A stretch of DNA of 64,000 nt from Bacteroidales bacterium (GTDB taxonomy: Bacteria; Bacteroidota; Bacteroidia; Bacteroidales; F082): contig JAILBC010000132.1 in the NCBI GenBank assembly GCA_024681295.1, forward strand, positions 12,397 to 76,396, written 5' to 3'. The number at the start of each line of letters is the position of its first letter. Within the stretch, counting starts at the first letter, position 1. Positions 8,100 through 17,790 of the stretch are shown in pieces. The translations under genes were made by a program, and so were the position numbers. The notes beneath the pieces were generated by a model. That model worked only from the letters and a program-made list of their open reading frames with translations. It had not been told where the DNA came from and ran no database searches.

Positions 8100-8617
8100 A
8101 GATTTTTCCGACGCGCATACTCACAGATTAAAAGCGAGTCGCACTTGTTATTATCCCAGTTCCTGCATCTTTCGTTTTTTCTTAGGTCAATATCCGGGAA
8201 GAGGCGCTTTGCCGTGTTGAACGATGTCTGCTTGGTGTTGACCTCCTTTCTCGTCTGCTCAACGTCTTTAACTTTGACTTTTTTGTAGTCAAAAACCTTG
8301 TCTTGGTTGATCCAAACTTCATTCTGCCATGTCTTTGGCTGAACGAGTTGGTATGGTATTCCCATGGCTATGAGCAAGCCTTTCAAGATTCCGTTGATTT
8401 CACCAAAAGAGAATGTTGCCTTTGCGGAAGATCCGAATATGCTGTGAACTTCCTCCATTACAGCGAACAGGTCTCTGGTCTCGTGAAGCGTGTGCAGTTT
8501 CAGTGCAAGGGCACGAAAGTCGCATCCGTCAAGCGGGATGAACTCAAAGCGACCGTCATCGTGACGGATGGTGATGAATCCTTCTTTGCCGGGATCAATT
8601 GCGAGGTATGTTCTCAT
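8096..8617 (-). CDS. RuvC-fold Holliday junction resolvase
   Basis: N-terminal YLAIDPGKEG (catalytic Asp), MEEVHS acidic motif, and a size typical of phage RuvC-like resolvases. Confidence 0.65.
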   Translation of the reverse strand: MRTYLAIDPGKEGFITIRHDDGRFEFIPLDGCDFRALALKLHTLHETRDLFAVMEEVHSIFGSSAKATFSFGEINGILKGLLIAMGIPYQLVQPKTWQNEVWINQDKVFDYKKVKVKDVEQTRKEVNTKQTSFNTAKRLFPDIDLRKNERCRNWDNNKCDSLLICEYARRKNL

Positions 8618-8937
8618 TATACTGTCTGTTTAGTTGGTTTACTGCGTTTCTTTCTTATTGTTCCGTTGGTATAGACAAGCCTTTCCACTCCGTTGAGTTT
8701 GTCGAACTTCTCGATGGTCAGCCTGCCGAAATCGTCTGGGTTGATGTCAACGTTGTCGAGCGTGCGGAGATACCAGCCGTTGCAGGCCACGGTAGCGCCG
8801 GAACATGCGTAGTGTACAGCTGAGGTCTTTACGTTCAGCATTTTAGCCGCGTAGGTCTGGCTGGAGAAAACGCTGCGCAGGCGCCGCTTCTCGATGTCGA
8901 ACGCTGCAACCTTACTTGGCGTCCTGCTGACCGTCAT
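8617..8937 (-). CDS. Small DNA-binding protein with homing-endonuclease-type HTH module
   Basis: FSSQTYAAKMLNVKTSAVHYACSGATVACNGWYLR resembles NUMOD1/IENR-type HTH modules. No nuclease domain is present. Confidence 0.4.
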   Translation of the reverse strand: MTVSRTPSKVAAFDIEKRRLRSVFSSQTYAAKMLNVKTSAVHYACSGATVACNGWYLRTLDNVDINPDDFGRLTIEKFDKLNGVERLVYTNGTIRKKRSKPTKQTV

Positions 8938-9376
8938 CTTCCATCATCTGTTTTATCACATCGGCGGGGAAGCGATCCTTGGCTAACCTGAACAGCGCCG
9001 TGTCTGACATGGCGAAGCCGTTCGAGAACAGGTCGTTAAGCCTCTCGTTGATGTGACCCAAAAACTGGTGGTCCGCAAAACAGATGAACATGTAGATGAA
9101 CTCTACTTCAATTAGGAGGTTTCCATCCCTGTCGAGAATGCACACTTCGTCATCCTTGATGGAATAGACTTGCTGCATCGCTTGGATTGGCGGGTCGTAC
9201 TGCGACAGGAAGTCGGCTGGTTTTAGGTCGCTGCCGATGGACCGAAGATACGACGATGCGTTGAAATACATCAAGCCGTTGTCATTTAAAACCCCGAAGA
9301 GCATTCCGGGGAACTCAGGGAAGCTCTGCTCTTTGCACACGATGTCGAAAGGCTTCCCCGGGACGGTGATTCGCAT
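8912..9376 (-). CDS. First gene of leftward operon, hypothetical (possible Bro-N/KilA-N-like)
   Basis: 154-aa ORF. GVLNDNGLMYFNASSYLRSIG is weakly Bro-N-like. Confidence 0.4.
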   Translation of the reverse strand: MRITVPGKPFDIVCKEQSFPEFPGMLFGVLNDNGLMYFNASSYLRSIGSDLKPADFLSQYDPPIQAMQQVYSIKDDEVCILDRDGNLLIEVEFIYMFICFADHQFLGHINERLNDLFSNGFAMSDTALFRLAKDRFPADVIKQMMEDDGQQDAK

Positions 9377-9408
9377 TATGTCACATACGTTTTGTTTTGA
9401 TGACTGTG

Positions 9409-9416
9409 CAAAGATA
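9409..9416 (-). promoter_or_regulatory. Candidate Bacteroidetes -7 promoter box (TAnnTTTG) for leftward operon
   Basis: The minus strand reads TATCTTTG, 33 nt upstream of the ATG at 9376. Confidence 0.35.
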
Positions 9417-9600
9417 CGCCAAACATTCCCATGTTAAGATAAAAACACGAAGTTGTTTGCTGCTATTTTCATAAGTCATTGAATGTCATTAAGATAAAAG
9501 TATATACACTCAATATGTAAACGTAAACCGATATTCCAAAAACGACACGGCAACAAACATTTGAAGCCCTCCGAAGCTATTACCGAAAAAAGGCTGTTAT

Positions 9601-10929
9601 ATGACAAGCAACGGAGTAGAGACATCGGACGAAAAATTCAACATAGAGCTTCTTGAGGCCATCTTCAAGACCTCGAAGAAAACCATACAGGAATATGTCA
9701 GGGAACTTGACCGCTACAACCGGTTCAAGTCCATCCAGCACGTGGCGGGGACGTCGGGCACGGTCATGGACGATCGTGGCAGGCTGATGGACCTGTACGA
9801 CGCCTGCGTCCAGCAGGACGCGCATCTGGCGAGTGTCATCGAGACGCTGGAGTCCCAGATCATCGGCGAACGCTACATGCTTTGCAGGATCAACGAGAAA
9901 GGCAAGTTCATCAAGGACGTGAAAGCGACGGAGAAAGTCCAGGGCTCCCAGTTCGACAAGCTTATCCGTGGCATCATGGAGGCCAAGCTGTACGGCTACA
10001 CCGCCTTCGAGATCCTTCCCGAAATCGACAAGAGGACCGGCAAACTCAAGGCCATCAACACCATCGAGCGCCGCAACGTCCTCGCCGACCAGCGCCGCAT
10101 CGTGCAAAGGCAGGGCATCTGGCTCCCCGGATGGAACTTCGACGATCCACAGTACGAGGACAACTACGTGCTGGTCAACAGCGGCTCGCTCGGCCTGTTC
10201 TCCGCTACAACGCCTTTGATTCTCGCAAAGAAGTTCACGCTGGCCAACTACGTGAACTTCTCGCACACATACGGCCAGCCCATCATCCACGGCAAAACCG
10301 TATCGGAGGAAACCGCCGACCGCAAGAGGCTGGCCAACGACATCGCATCGGCGGCGCAGAACAAGGTCATCGTCACTGGATTGCAGGACGAGGTTGACAT
10401 CAAGACATTCACCATGTCGAACTCCGAGCGGATTTTCACCGGACTGATGGAGATTGTTGACAAGGACGTTTCCAACCTCATTGTCGGATCGGAGTCGATG
10501 GCCGGCGCCACCATGTCATACGTCGGGGCGACCAAGGCCCACCAGGACGTGTTCCGCGACAGGGTTGAGGCATACCGCCGCTATATCGAGAACGTGATGA
10601 ACGAGGAGATAGTTCCCCGTCTTGTCGGCATGGGCTACATCGAGGACGGCCTGGTGTTCAAGTACGCCAAGCGCCTTGAAATGAACGACCAGGACCAGAT
10701 CAACCTCTATAACTTCCTCACCGACAAATACGAGATCAGTGCCGACGAGATTGAAAAGACGTTCGGCGTCGTGGTCGGCAAGCAGATCAATCTGCAATCC
10801 GGAAACAACGGAGGTGGCGGCGGCGCAGCAGGCACCGACGACCGCCTGGTGATGTCCGACGAGGAATATTATAAGAGGTATGGCCACCGCAGAGGGGAAC
10901 CTTCAAATTTTTACCAGGGGAGGCGGTAA
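9601..10929 (+). CDS. Portal protein (Mu gp29/DUF935-like)
   Basis: 442 aa, first gene of the rightward late block, directly upstream of a Mu-F/SPP1 gp7-type head morphogenesis gene. It has a Gly-rich C-terminal tail. Confidence 0.7.
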   Translation: MTSNGVETSDEKFNIELLEAIFKTSKKTIQEYVRELDRYNRFKSIQHVAGTSGTVMDDRGRLMDLYDACVQQDAHLASVIETLESQIIGERYMLCRINEKGKFIKDVKATEKVQGSQFDKLIRGIMEAKLYGYTAFEILPEIDKRTGKLKAINTIERRNVLADQRRIVQRQGIWLPGWNFDDPQYEDNYVLVNSGSLGLFSATTPLILAKKFTLANYVNFSHTYGQPIIHGKTVSEETADRKRLANDIASAAQNKVIVTGLQDEVDIKTFTMSNSERIFTGLMEIVDKDVSNLIVGSESMAGATMSYVGATKAHQDVFRDRVEAYRRYIENVMNEEIVPRLVGMGYIEDGLVFKYAKRLEMNDQDQINLYNFLTDKYEISADEIEKTFGVVVGKQINLQSGNNGGGGGAAGTDDRLVMSDEEYYKRYGHRRGEPSNFYQGRR

Positions 10930-11015
10930 ACGCGGCGCACCGTGTCCCTGACCTGCAAGGAGCAAAAGACAACGAGCCGACCGACGATGACCTTGACAAG
11001 GAGGCGTATGCCGCT

Positions 11016-11813
11016 TTGCTGGCCATATTCGAGGCTTTCGTGAAGGGATTGGGCGAAGAGATCACCCTCGACGAACTCATTGAGAAGCTTGCGGCCCTGC
11101 GTGCCAAATTCGGCATCGACGCGGCCCTAAGTGGATTTGAGATAGATTGGGAAACAGCAATTGGATTGCTCAATTCCGAAGAGGCGGAACTCACAGACGA
11201 GGAAAAGAAGCGCCGCGACGTGCTGATGGCCGCTTTCGAGAACATCGTGGACTTCGCCGTTGCGGAGGAGTACCAGGTAATGGAAAGCTTGGAGGACGCG
11301 CACGACGGCTTCGGCTGGGGCATGGACTTGGAGGAAGGCGAGCTTAACGGCATGACGGAGGTCTTCGAGAAGTACAACCTCAACTATATGGTGACGGAGA
11401 ATGGCGACATCGCCCACGCCATGCACATCGCCTTGGGCATCTACCTCCTGTCCGGCGAAACCATGCTCACCTACCGCACGCAGATGGACGATCGCGTTCG
11501 CCCGTGGCACATGCAGTACGAGGGATATTCAGTGCCAAAGGCGATATTCCCAGAATGGCTGATACCGCCCATCGAGCACGGCTGCCGCTGCTTCCTTGAG
11601 GAGGAGGCTATCTACGGCAGGATGAACGTCAAGGGCGCGGTGTTCAACATCCCGAAGATGCCGGAATGGTTCAACCCGACATTCAAGGAAAGCGTGGCAT
11701 TCGGCGGCAGGATATTCTCCGACGAACACCCGTATTTCTCTGTTGACGATGCCGACGTGGAGAAACTAAACGCCATGTCGAAAAGGATATTGGAGGGCCT
11801 GCTGAATGCCTAA
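11016..11813 (+). CDS. Head morphogenesis protein (Phage_Mu_F / SPP1 gp7 family)
   Basis: RPWHMQYEG...PPIEHGCRCF signature. The start is uncertain: TTG at 11016, with the frame open from 10875. Confidence 0.7.
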   Translation: MLAIFEAFVKGLGEEITLDELIEKLAALRAKFGIDAALSGFEIDWETAIGLLNSEEAELTDEEKKRRDVLMAAFENIVDFAVAEEYQVMESLEDAHDGFGWGMDLEEGELNGMTEVFEKYNLNYMVTENGDIAHAMHIALGIYLLSGETMLTYRTQMDDRVRPWHMQYEGYSVPKAIFPEWLIPPIEHGCRCFLEEEAIYGRMNVKGAVFNIPKMPEWFNPTFKESVAFGGRIFSDEHPYFSVDDADVEKLNAMSKRILEGLLNA

Positions 11814-12348
11814 GAGGATTACACCGGAAGCGATGTTGGTGCAATGGCAGCTTCTCAGGCACATGTTCGATGTCGGACTGTGGAACTTCGAGGTCAAGGC
11901 CGGACAGATTGCCGAATCCGGTTTCAAGGCGTCGTTCGCGGAAAAGCGGTTCCATGACAGGAACAGTTCGTCGTGGCCACCCCGTAAGAAAACGCCCGTT
12001 CCATTCCATCCGATACTCAACGAGACGGGGACGCTGAAGAACTCCATCACATTCAAGGCCCCTGGGATGTTCCAAGTCGGCGACAGGCACAGGAAGCAGA
12101 CGGTCAAGGTGTTCACCGACCCGAAAAAGTTCAACACCGCAGCCCGTCATCCCGGCTTCTGCTGTGCGGCGGTACACAACTCCCCGTCGAGCAAGGGATT
12201 CCGTTGGGGGCGTGCCGCTGGCATAGCGCAACGGCAGTTCATGGGTAACTCAAGCATCATAGAACAACAGATTCGCGACATGGCGAAGCCGACGATTTTC
12301 AGGGGATTCCCAGGAGTCCACGGTGTACCTAAAATAATATTAAAGTAA
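11806..12348 (+). CDS. Virion morphogenesis protein (Mu gpG-like)
   Basis: WPPRKKT...HPILNETGTLKNSI resembles the gpG motif. The position after the F-like gene matches Mu head-module order. Confidence 0.45.
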   Translation: MPKRITPEAMLVQWQLLRHMFDVGLWNFEVKAGQIAESGFKASFAEKRFHDRNSSSWPPRKKTPVPFHPILNETGTLKNSITFKAPGMFQVGDRHRKQTVKVFTDPKKFNTAARHPGFCCAAVHNSPSSKGFRWGRAAGIAQRQFMGNSSIIEQQIRDMAKPTIFRGFPGVHGVPKIILK

Positions 12349-13043
12349 TGATTGTCGAAAAGAACAAAACCAAGCAGAACACAGGGGAATCTGTGAGCGG
12401 CGCGACGGAAATCACGCAGGTGAACCCCATGACCCAGGCGTACAATGCCGTCAGGGAGATCCTTGAAACCATCAAGGAAGACCCGAACGACCCCGACAGC
12501 CCGCAGTACTTCAAGACCATCAAGATCGACAACGGGCAGCTATCCAGGATAAAGAACAACAAATGGAACAAGGAATACTCCATCGCGTTCCCCGCCATAT
12601 TCATCCACTTCATCGACGTCAACTTCCTTGTCGGCCAGTCGAACATCGCCGAGGGCAAGGGGGTCATGAGGATCCACTACGTGCTTAACAGGCTGAACAA
12701 CAGCGACGATGTTGTCGAGACCGAGATCTTCGAAATGTTCTCCCGCATCAACGCCGCCATCCAGGACCAGAAGATGAAGTACCCGGCACTGAGCAGGCGG
12801 TTCCAACTTGCCTATTGGGACCAGCCCCTTTCGTTCGACGACGGCCTCCAGCAGCTTTGGATAGACTACGACATCTGGTTCACCGACTACACGGCGCAAT
12901 CGGACCGCAACTACGTGGAAACGCACATCGTCATACCGCCGTTCACAGACCACAGCGACCAGGAGGAGGAGAACAGGAACGGCCACGAGGACCACAAGGA
13001 CCCGACTTTCGACGAGCAGTCGGGCTTCGTCATTCCGGAATAA
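12348..13043 (+). CDS. Hypothetical virion-module protein
   Basis: 231-aa ORF, start coupled to the previous stop. Acidic C-terminus. Confidence 0.5.
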   Translation: MIVEKNKTKQNTGESVSGATEITQVNPMTQAYNAVREILETIKEDPNDPDSPQYFKTIKIDNGQLSRIKNNKWNKEYSIAFPAIFIHFIDVNFLVGQSNIAEGKGVMRIHYVLNRLNNSDDVVETEIFEMFSRINAAIQDQKMKYPALSRRFQLAYWDQPLSFDDGLQQLWIDYDIWFTDYTAQSDRNYVETHIVIPPFTDHSDQEEENRNGHEDHKDPTFDEQSGFVIPE

Positions 13044-13125
13044 TCCGAAAAAAAATTCACCGAGAAAAAAACCTTTTCCAACCCAGGAACCTATTGCAGT
13101 AAAAACACAACGGCATAAAACGCCA

Positions 13126-14415
13126 ATGGATACAAAGAATCTGAAACACATCGTCGGGTCTTACGAGCAGGGGAAGCCTGCCGTGATCCGTTTTTTCGGC
13201 CCTGTTGACTACTGGAACTGCGACGAGTTCAACGACGAGTTCCTTTGGCTGCAGGAATACGTCAAACCTTCAAAGATCATCGTCGCCGTCAACTCCGAGG
13301 GCGGTTCCGTCATCTACGGGATGAGCGTCTTTTCAATCATCAACAGCTGTCCGATTGAGACCGAGTGCGTCATCGAGGGCATCGCCGCCTCGATGGGCTC
13401 CATCATCTGGTCCGCAGGGAAGCGGCTCTACATGCACGACTATTCGCTGCTGATGATCCACAACCCGTTCATCGAGGACGCAGACGACGACGAGGACACC
13501 AAGCGCACCATCGAGGTCTTCCGCAAGCAGATCGAGACGGTTTACACCAAGCGCTTCGGACTGAGCGAGGAAAAGGTCCGCGACATAATGGAAGGCAAGG
13601 AGAACCTTGACGGGACCTATTTCACCGCGCAGGAGGCGGTTGACGCCGGAATCATCCCGCAGTCGCATGTCATCGACACCGAGAAAGCCGTGACGGACAA
13701 AATCGCCGACGTGCTGGCCGAGGCCAAGCAGGAAGGCAAGAAGATCCAGGTGAGGGAAATGTTCACCTCAATCGCGGCAGAAATCAGCAACGACAAACTT
13801 ATTGCGAAGCTTGAGACTATTCAAGAAAGCAAACCACAACAAGACAATACCAAACACATCAATCAACAACCTCAAACACAACAAGTAATGAACGAAAAGG
13901 ATTTTCAGAAAATCATGGCCAAGTTGGGTCTGACCATCGAGGCCACGACTGTTGACGTCTCGGCCAAGGTTGATGAGCTTCTGAGCGCGAAGAACGAGCT
14001 GACTGCCCTGCAGTCGAAGTACTCCGATCTCGAAATCAAGTTCACCGGCAAGGAAACCGAAGTCAACAACCTGAAGGGCGAACTCGCAACCGCCAAGGCT
14101 GAATTGAAGAAATACAAGGATGCCGAGGCTGCCGCCCTGAAAGCCGAAATCGAAGCCGTCGTCGATGCCGCCATCGCCGACAAGAAGATCTCAGCCGAGT
14201 CCAAGGAAACCTGGATCAAGATGGCAGAGACCAACTTCGATACGGTCAAGGCCACTCTCAACTCCATCGAGGGCCGCAAGGTCATCAGCGAGGAGATTGC
14301 CAAAGACCCGAAGAACATCGAGCACGCCAACGACGCGATTACCGAGGCCGAAAAAAAGGTTCAGGCCGAAGTGACCAAGGTCGTGGGAGAGAACTTTGAA
14401 CTCAAGAAATTCTAA
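13126..14415 (+). CDS. ClpP-type prohead serine protease fused to coiled-coil scaffold domain
   Basis: VNSEGGSV, GIAASMGS (Ser) and LMIHNP (His) are ClpP/S14-like motifs. The C-terminal ~200 aa are Ala/Lys/Glu-rich coiled coil. Confidence 0.75.
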   Translation: MDTKNLKHIVGSYEQGKPAVIRFFGPVDYWNCDEFNDEFLWLQEYVKPSKIIVAVNSEGGSVIYGMSVFSIINSCPIETECVIEGIAASMGSIIWSAGKRLYMHDYSLLMIHNPFIEDADDDEDTKRTIEVFRKQIETVYTKRFGLSEEKVRDIMEGKENLDGTYFTAQEAVDAGIIPQSHVIDTEKAVTDKIADVLAEAKQEGKKIQVREMFTSIAAEISNDKLIAKLETIQESKPQQDNTKHINQQPQTQQVMNEKDFQKIMAKLGLTIEATTVDVSAKVDELLSAKNELTALQSKYSDLEIKFTGKETEVNNLKGELATAKAELKKYKDAEAAALKAEIEAVVDAAIADKKISAESKETWIKMAETNFDTVKATLNSIEGRKVISEEIAKDPKNIEHANDAITEAEKKVQAEVTKVVGENFELKKF

Positions 14416-14434
14416 CCTAAAAAACATCTGACGA

Positions 14435-15751
14435 ATGCCTACTATCAATTATGCTGGTAACAGCTACGCCGGCGAGGTTCTTGAGGACCTGTTGGTCTAT
14501 ACCGCGCAAGGCAACGACACTTACAAGGAGGGTCTGATCCACGTCGAGCCCGGCATCCAGAAGAAGAAGACTCTTCCGCATGTCACTCTTGGTAAGATCA
14601 TCCAGGACAACCAGCCGACTCCTACTTCCACCCACGGCGGCAATTCGAGCGGCGACATGAACCAGTACAGCTTCTCGGAGCGCTATCTGGAACCGGGAGA
14701 CTTCATGGTCTATCTTGAGTTCAACCCCCGCGACTTCGAGGACTACTGGAAACCCTTCCAACCGAACGGAAAACTGATCTTCCGCGAACTCGATCCCAAG
14801 GTGCAGGCCACCATGCTTCATCTGCTCATCGACCGCAAGGACCAGTACATCGGCGACGCTATCTGGGCTTCCCGCAAGGGCGGCTACAGTTCTTCGTTCA
14901 TCTCCAGCGAGAACGACGACGTTCATCTTGGCGGTGACTCCGACGCAGGCCCGATGAAGTACTTCGACGGCGCCCTGATGCGTGTCATCAACAACCACCT
15001 CGCCTTCCTCGCCGCTTCACCCAGCGACGCGGAGAAGAACGAGAAGGCCACCGGTCGTTTCATCATCGCCGGCAACACCGCCATCGACACCGGTGCGAAG
15101 GTTGAGGCCGCGCTGAACGCCATGCACAAGAAGTGCCCGAAGAACATCCGCAAGAACAAGAACGTGTGCTACGTCATGGGCTACGAAGCCTGGGATCTGT
15201 ACGACACCTACTTGACCTCCAAGGATGTGAAGTACACCGAGAACGCCGACGAGAACAAGGCCCGCTACAAAGGCCACCGCATTGTCGTCATCAACGGCAT
15301 CCCGGAGAACACCATCTTCCTCGGCAAGTTCACCCGTGACATGAACTCGAACCTCTGGATGGGCGTTGACTACGCCACCGACGAGGAATCCATCAAGGTA
15401 GAGCCCCTGCAGGCCAACTCCGAACTGTACTTCTTCCAGATGCGCATGAAGATGGACGTCAACTTCGCCCGTCCTTCGGAGGTCGTGGTTTGGACCACCT
15501 ACCACAAGAACGTCCTCGCCCTGAGCGCCAGCACCGCCAGCGTCGCCCAAGGCGCAAGCACCACCGTCACCGTGTCTGCCGCCAACGGCCAATGCACCGT
15601 GGCTTCTTCCGATGCCAAGCTCACCGCTTCCATCGACGGAACGACCATCACCATTGCCGCCGCTGCCGACTGCACGACCGGTAGCAAGACCGTCACCGTG
15701 ACCGACGTCTATGGCGACACCGCCGAGATCACCGTCACCGTGACCGCCTAA
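14435..15751 (+). CDS. Major capsid protein with C-terminal Ig-like (Big_2-type) domain
   Basis: 438 aa, immediately after the protease/scaffold gene. The C-terminus (TVTVSAANGQCTVASSD...TVTVTDVYGDTAEITVTVTA) is Ig-like. Confidence 0.65.
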   Translation: MPTINYAGNSYAGEVLEDLLVYTAQGNDTYKEGLIHVEPGIQKKKTLPHVTLGKIIQDNQPTPTSTHGGNSSGDMNQYSFSERYLEPGDFMVYLEFNPRDFEDYWKPFQPNGKLIFRELDPKVQATMLHLLIDRKDQYIGDAIWASRKGGYSSSFISSENDDVHLGGDSDAGPMKYFDGALMRVINNHLAFLAASPSDAEKNEKATGRFIIAGNTAIDTGAKVEAALNAMHKKCPKNIRKNKNVCYVMGYEAWDLYDTYLTSKDVKYTENADENKARYKGHRIVVINGIPENTIFLGKFTRDMNSNLWMGVDYATDEESIKVEPLQANSELYFFQMRMKMDVNFARPSEVVVWTTYHKNVLALSASTASVAQGASTTVTVSAANGQCTVASSDAKLTASIDGTTITIAAAADCTTGSKTVTVTDVYGDTAEITVTVTA

Positions 15752-15832
15752 GCGACAAGTTGACACAAACCTGACAACGGGGGCGGGCGCTCAAAAACCG
15801 AACGCCCCCTTGTCTTAAAAAACAAAGCAAGT

Positions 15833-16294
15833 ATGGCCAAGAAAAAAACAGAGACACCAAAGACAAAAAAGGAAAAAACCACCAAGGGGAAGGCTGAGGC
15901 CGAAGAGACCAAGGCCGAGACCATGGTGGAGAATCCCGAAGAAGAACCCAAAGAGGACGAAACTCCCGCCCCTCAAGAGACTCCCGAGGAGAATCCCATG
16001 GACAATCCAGGCGAGGAACAAGAGGAACAGGAAAACGATGAATCCACCAAGGGGAAGGCTGAGGCCGAAGAGACCAAGGCCGAGACCCCCAAGCCGGCCT
16101 CTCCGAAAGTTGAGGCCGTCGAAAAGGACATCCCGAAGGAGATTCTTGGAATCCTCAAGGCGTTCGACGACATGGAGTATCTGTATATCGGAAAAGGCGG
16201 CGGCATCTTCCGCAACGGCACGCCGGAGTGCGTGAGGGGCAAAGCCGTGCTGTACAAGAACCCTTATTTCAAAAACGAAAAAACTGAACAATAA
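15833..16294 (+). CDS. Acidic low-complexity virion-module protein
   Basis: 153 aa with a Glu/Lys/Pro-rich N-terminal two-thirds containing a duplicated TKGKAEAEETKAET unit. The C-terminal ~50 aa look globular. Confidence 0.5.
   Translation: MAKKKTETPKTKKEKTTKGKAEAEETKAETMVENPEEEPKEDETPAPQETPEENPMDNPGEEQEEQENDESTKGKAEAEETKAETPKPASPKVEAVEKDIPKEILGILKAFDDMEYLYIGKGGGIFRNGTPECVRGKAVLYKNPYFKNEKTEQ
15881..16087 (+). repeat. Perfect 42-bp direct repeat (15881-15922 and 16046-16087) inside the coding sequence
   Basis: accaaggggaaggctgaggccgaagagaccaaggccgagacc occurs twice in the same reading frame. Confidence 0.9.
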
Positions 16295-17775
16295 TGTTAG
16301 GTGGAGTATTTATGACCGACACTGACGGTAACATTGGAGCCGAGGTTTCCAACAACACCGAAAAGATCTGCGGTCTGTTATTTGACATTTCCGGCCAGTC
16401 GAACTTCTGGACTACGGGCTATCCGGCAACGGTGGCCAACGTCCTGAAGGACACCGTGGTCGAATTCAACACCATGCAGGACGCCATCGACGCCGGCATC
16501 ATCCCCTACGATGCACTGACCGACTCCACGAGCAATTTCCTGCACGGCATCCCGTACTATCACATCAGACACTTTTTTGAGGCTGCCGGTGGCTCTGGCC
16601 GCTTGTTCGTGATGTTCGCCGACTGTTCGCTGAACTTCAACGCCATCATCGACATGCAGAAGGCCGCCCACGGCGTCATCAACCAAATCGGCGTGTGGAC
16701 CGAAAAGAGCCTTTGGACTCACATCGACCCGTCTGCCGCCAGCTACGCCGTGCAGCTCGTGGGTGATCTGAACACCATCGCCACCACCCTGGCGAACGAC
16801 TACTACGCTCCCGTGAGCATCCTCCTGAACGCCAACAGCGCGAAGGTTCAGGGCGCCACGACCATTACCTACGCCTACGATGCGGTCAGCAATCCTTCGG
16901 GCAGCCCGAAAGAGCAAGGCTGGTACAAATCGGACGGCAACGACGGTTATGTCGAGGCAACCGAGACCACCGTGGACGGCAACACCACCTACTACACCCG
17001 TAGTGTGGCAAGCACCACAACGGCTTACGAGACCACCGTGGACCTCACCAAGATCCCGACCTGCATCATCGACAAGCGCTATGTCTCTGTCCTGCTCGGC
17101 CAGGGCGTTGACAGCGACGTCCAACTCATGCAGGGCGCACTCGCCTCTGTCACACCCGTCGGCAACGTCGGAGCGGCCCTCGGCCTGCTTTCCGTCGCTT
17201 CCGTGGCCGAGTCCATCGGCTGGGTGGAGCAGTTCGACGTGGTGAGCCTGTTCCCGGACATCCAACTCGGTTTCGGCGACGCTGCCATTGTTTCGGGCAA
17301 GATCACTAACGGCACCAGCTTCGACTCGCTGTCGAAGGCCCAGATCGACACGCTCGAAGACAAGGGCTACATCTTCCTCTGCCGCTATCCGGCCTACGAG
17401 GGGCATGTGTTCTTCAGCAGCGACCAGACCTGCTCCAACGGCGACTACCGCCGCATCGCCCTCAACCGCGCCATCAACAAGTCCCGCAGGGGCGTGAGAA
17501 CGGCACTGTTGAAGTACGTCAACTCGCCAATCAAGGTCGATCCGACAACCGGCCAACTCTCGGCACTGCAAATCTCTGTGTTCAGGAACGCCGTCAGCGA
17601 ACCCCTTGAACTCATGGCTAACGCTAACGAGATCAGCGGCATCGGCTCGATCAATATCCCGGCGAACCAGAACATCTTGAAAAACGACAGACTTAACCTT
17701 TCCTACTTCCTTGTTCCAATCGGCCTGGCCAAGGAGATCAAGGTCGAGGAGGGTTTCGTCCTCAAACAACAGTAA
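16294..17775 (+). CDS. Putative tail sheath protein
   Basis: Positional call only: a 493-aa ORF followed by a 160-aa ORF, the chaperone pair and the tape measure. An alternative start is at 16312 (MTDTDGN). Confidence 0.5.
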   Translation: MLGGVFMTDTDGNIGAEVSNNTEKICGLLFDISGQSNFWTTGYPATVANVLKDTVVEFNTMQDAIDAGIIPYDALTDSTSNFLHGIPYYHIRHFFEAAGGSGRLFVMFADCSLNFNAIIDMQKAAHGVINQIGVWTEKSLWTHIDPSAASYAVQLVGDLNTIATTLANDYYAPVSILLNANSAKVQGATTITYAYDAVSNPSGSPKEQGWYKSDGNDGYVEATETTVDGNTTYYTRSVASTTTAYETTVDLTKIPTCIIDKRYVSVLLGQGVDSDVQLMQGALASVTPVGNVGAALGLLSVASVAESIGWVEQFDVVSLFPDIQLGFGDAAIVSGKITNGTSFDSLSKAQIDTLEDKGYIFLCRYPAYEGHVFFSSDQTCSNGDYRRIALNRAINKSRRGVRTALLKYVNSPIKVDPTTGQLSALQISVFRNAVSEPLELMANANEISGIGSINIPANQNILKNDRLNLSYFLVPIGLAKEIKVEEGFVLKQQ

Positions 17776-17790
17776 TAAGGAGGAATTGAA

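Noticed and set aside
15881-16087. Repeats checked as a possible CRISPR array or other tandem array.
   Set aside because: Only two copies of a 42-mer are present. They are in-frame inside a coding region, and there are no further repeats or cas genes. No CRISPR array was seen anywhere in the window.
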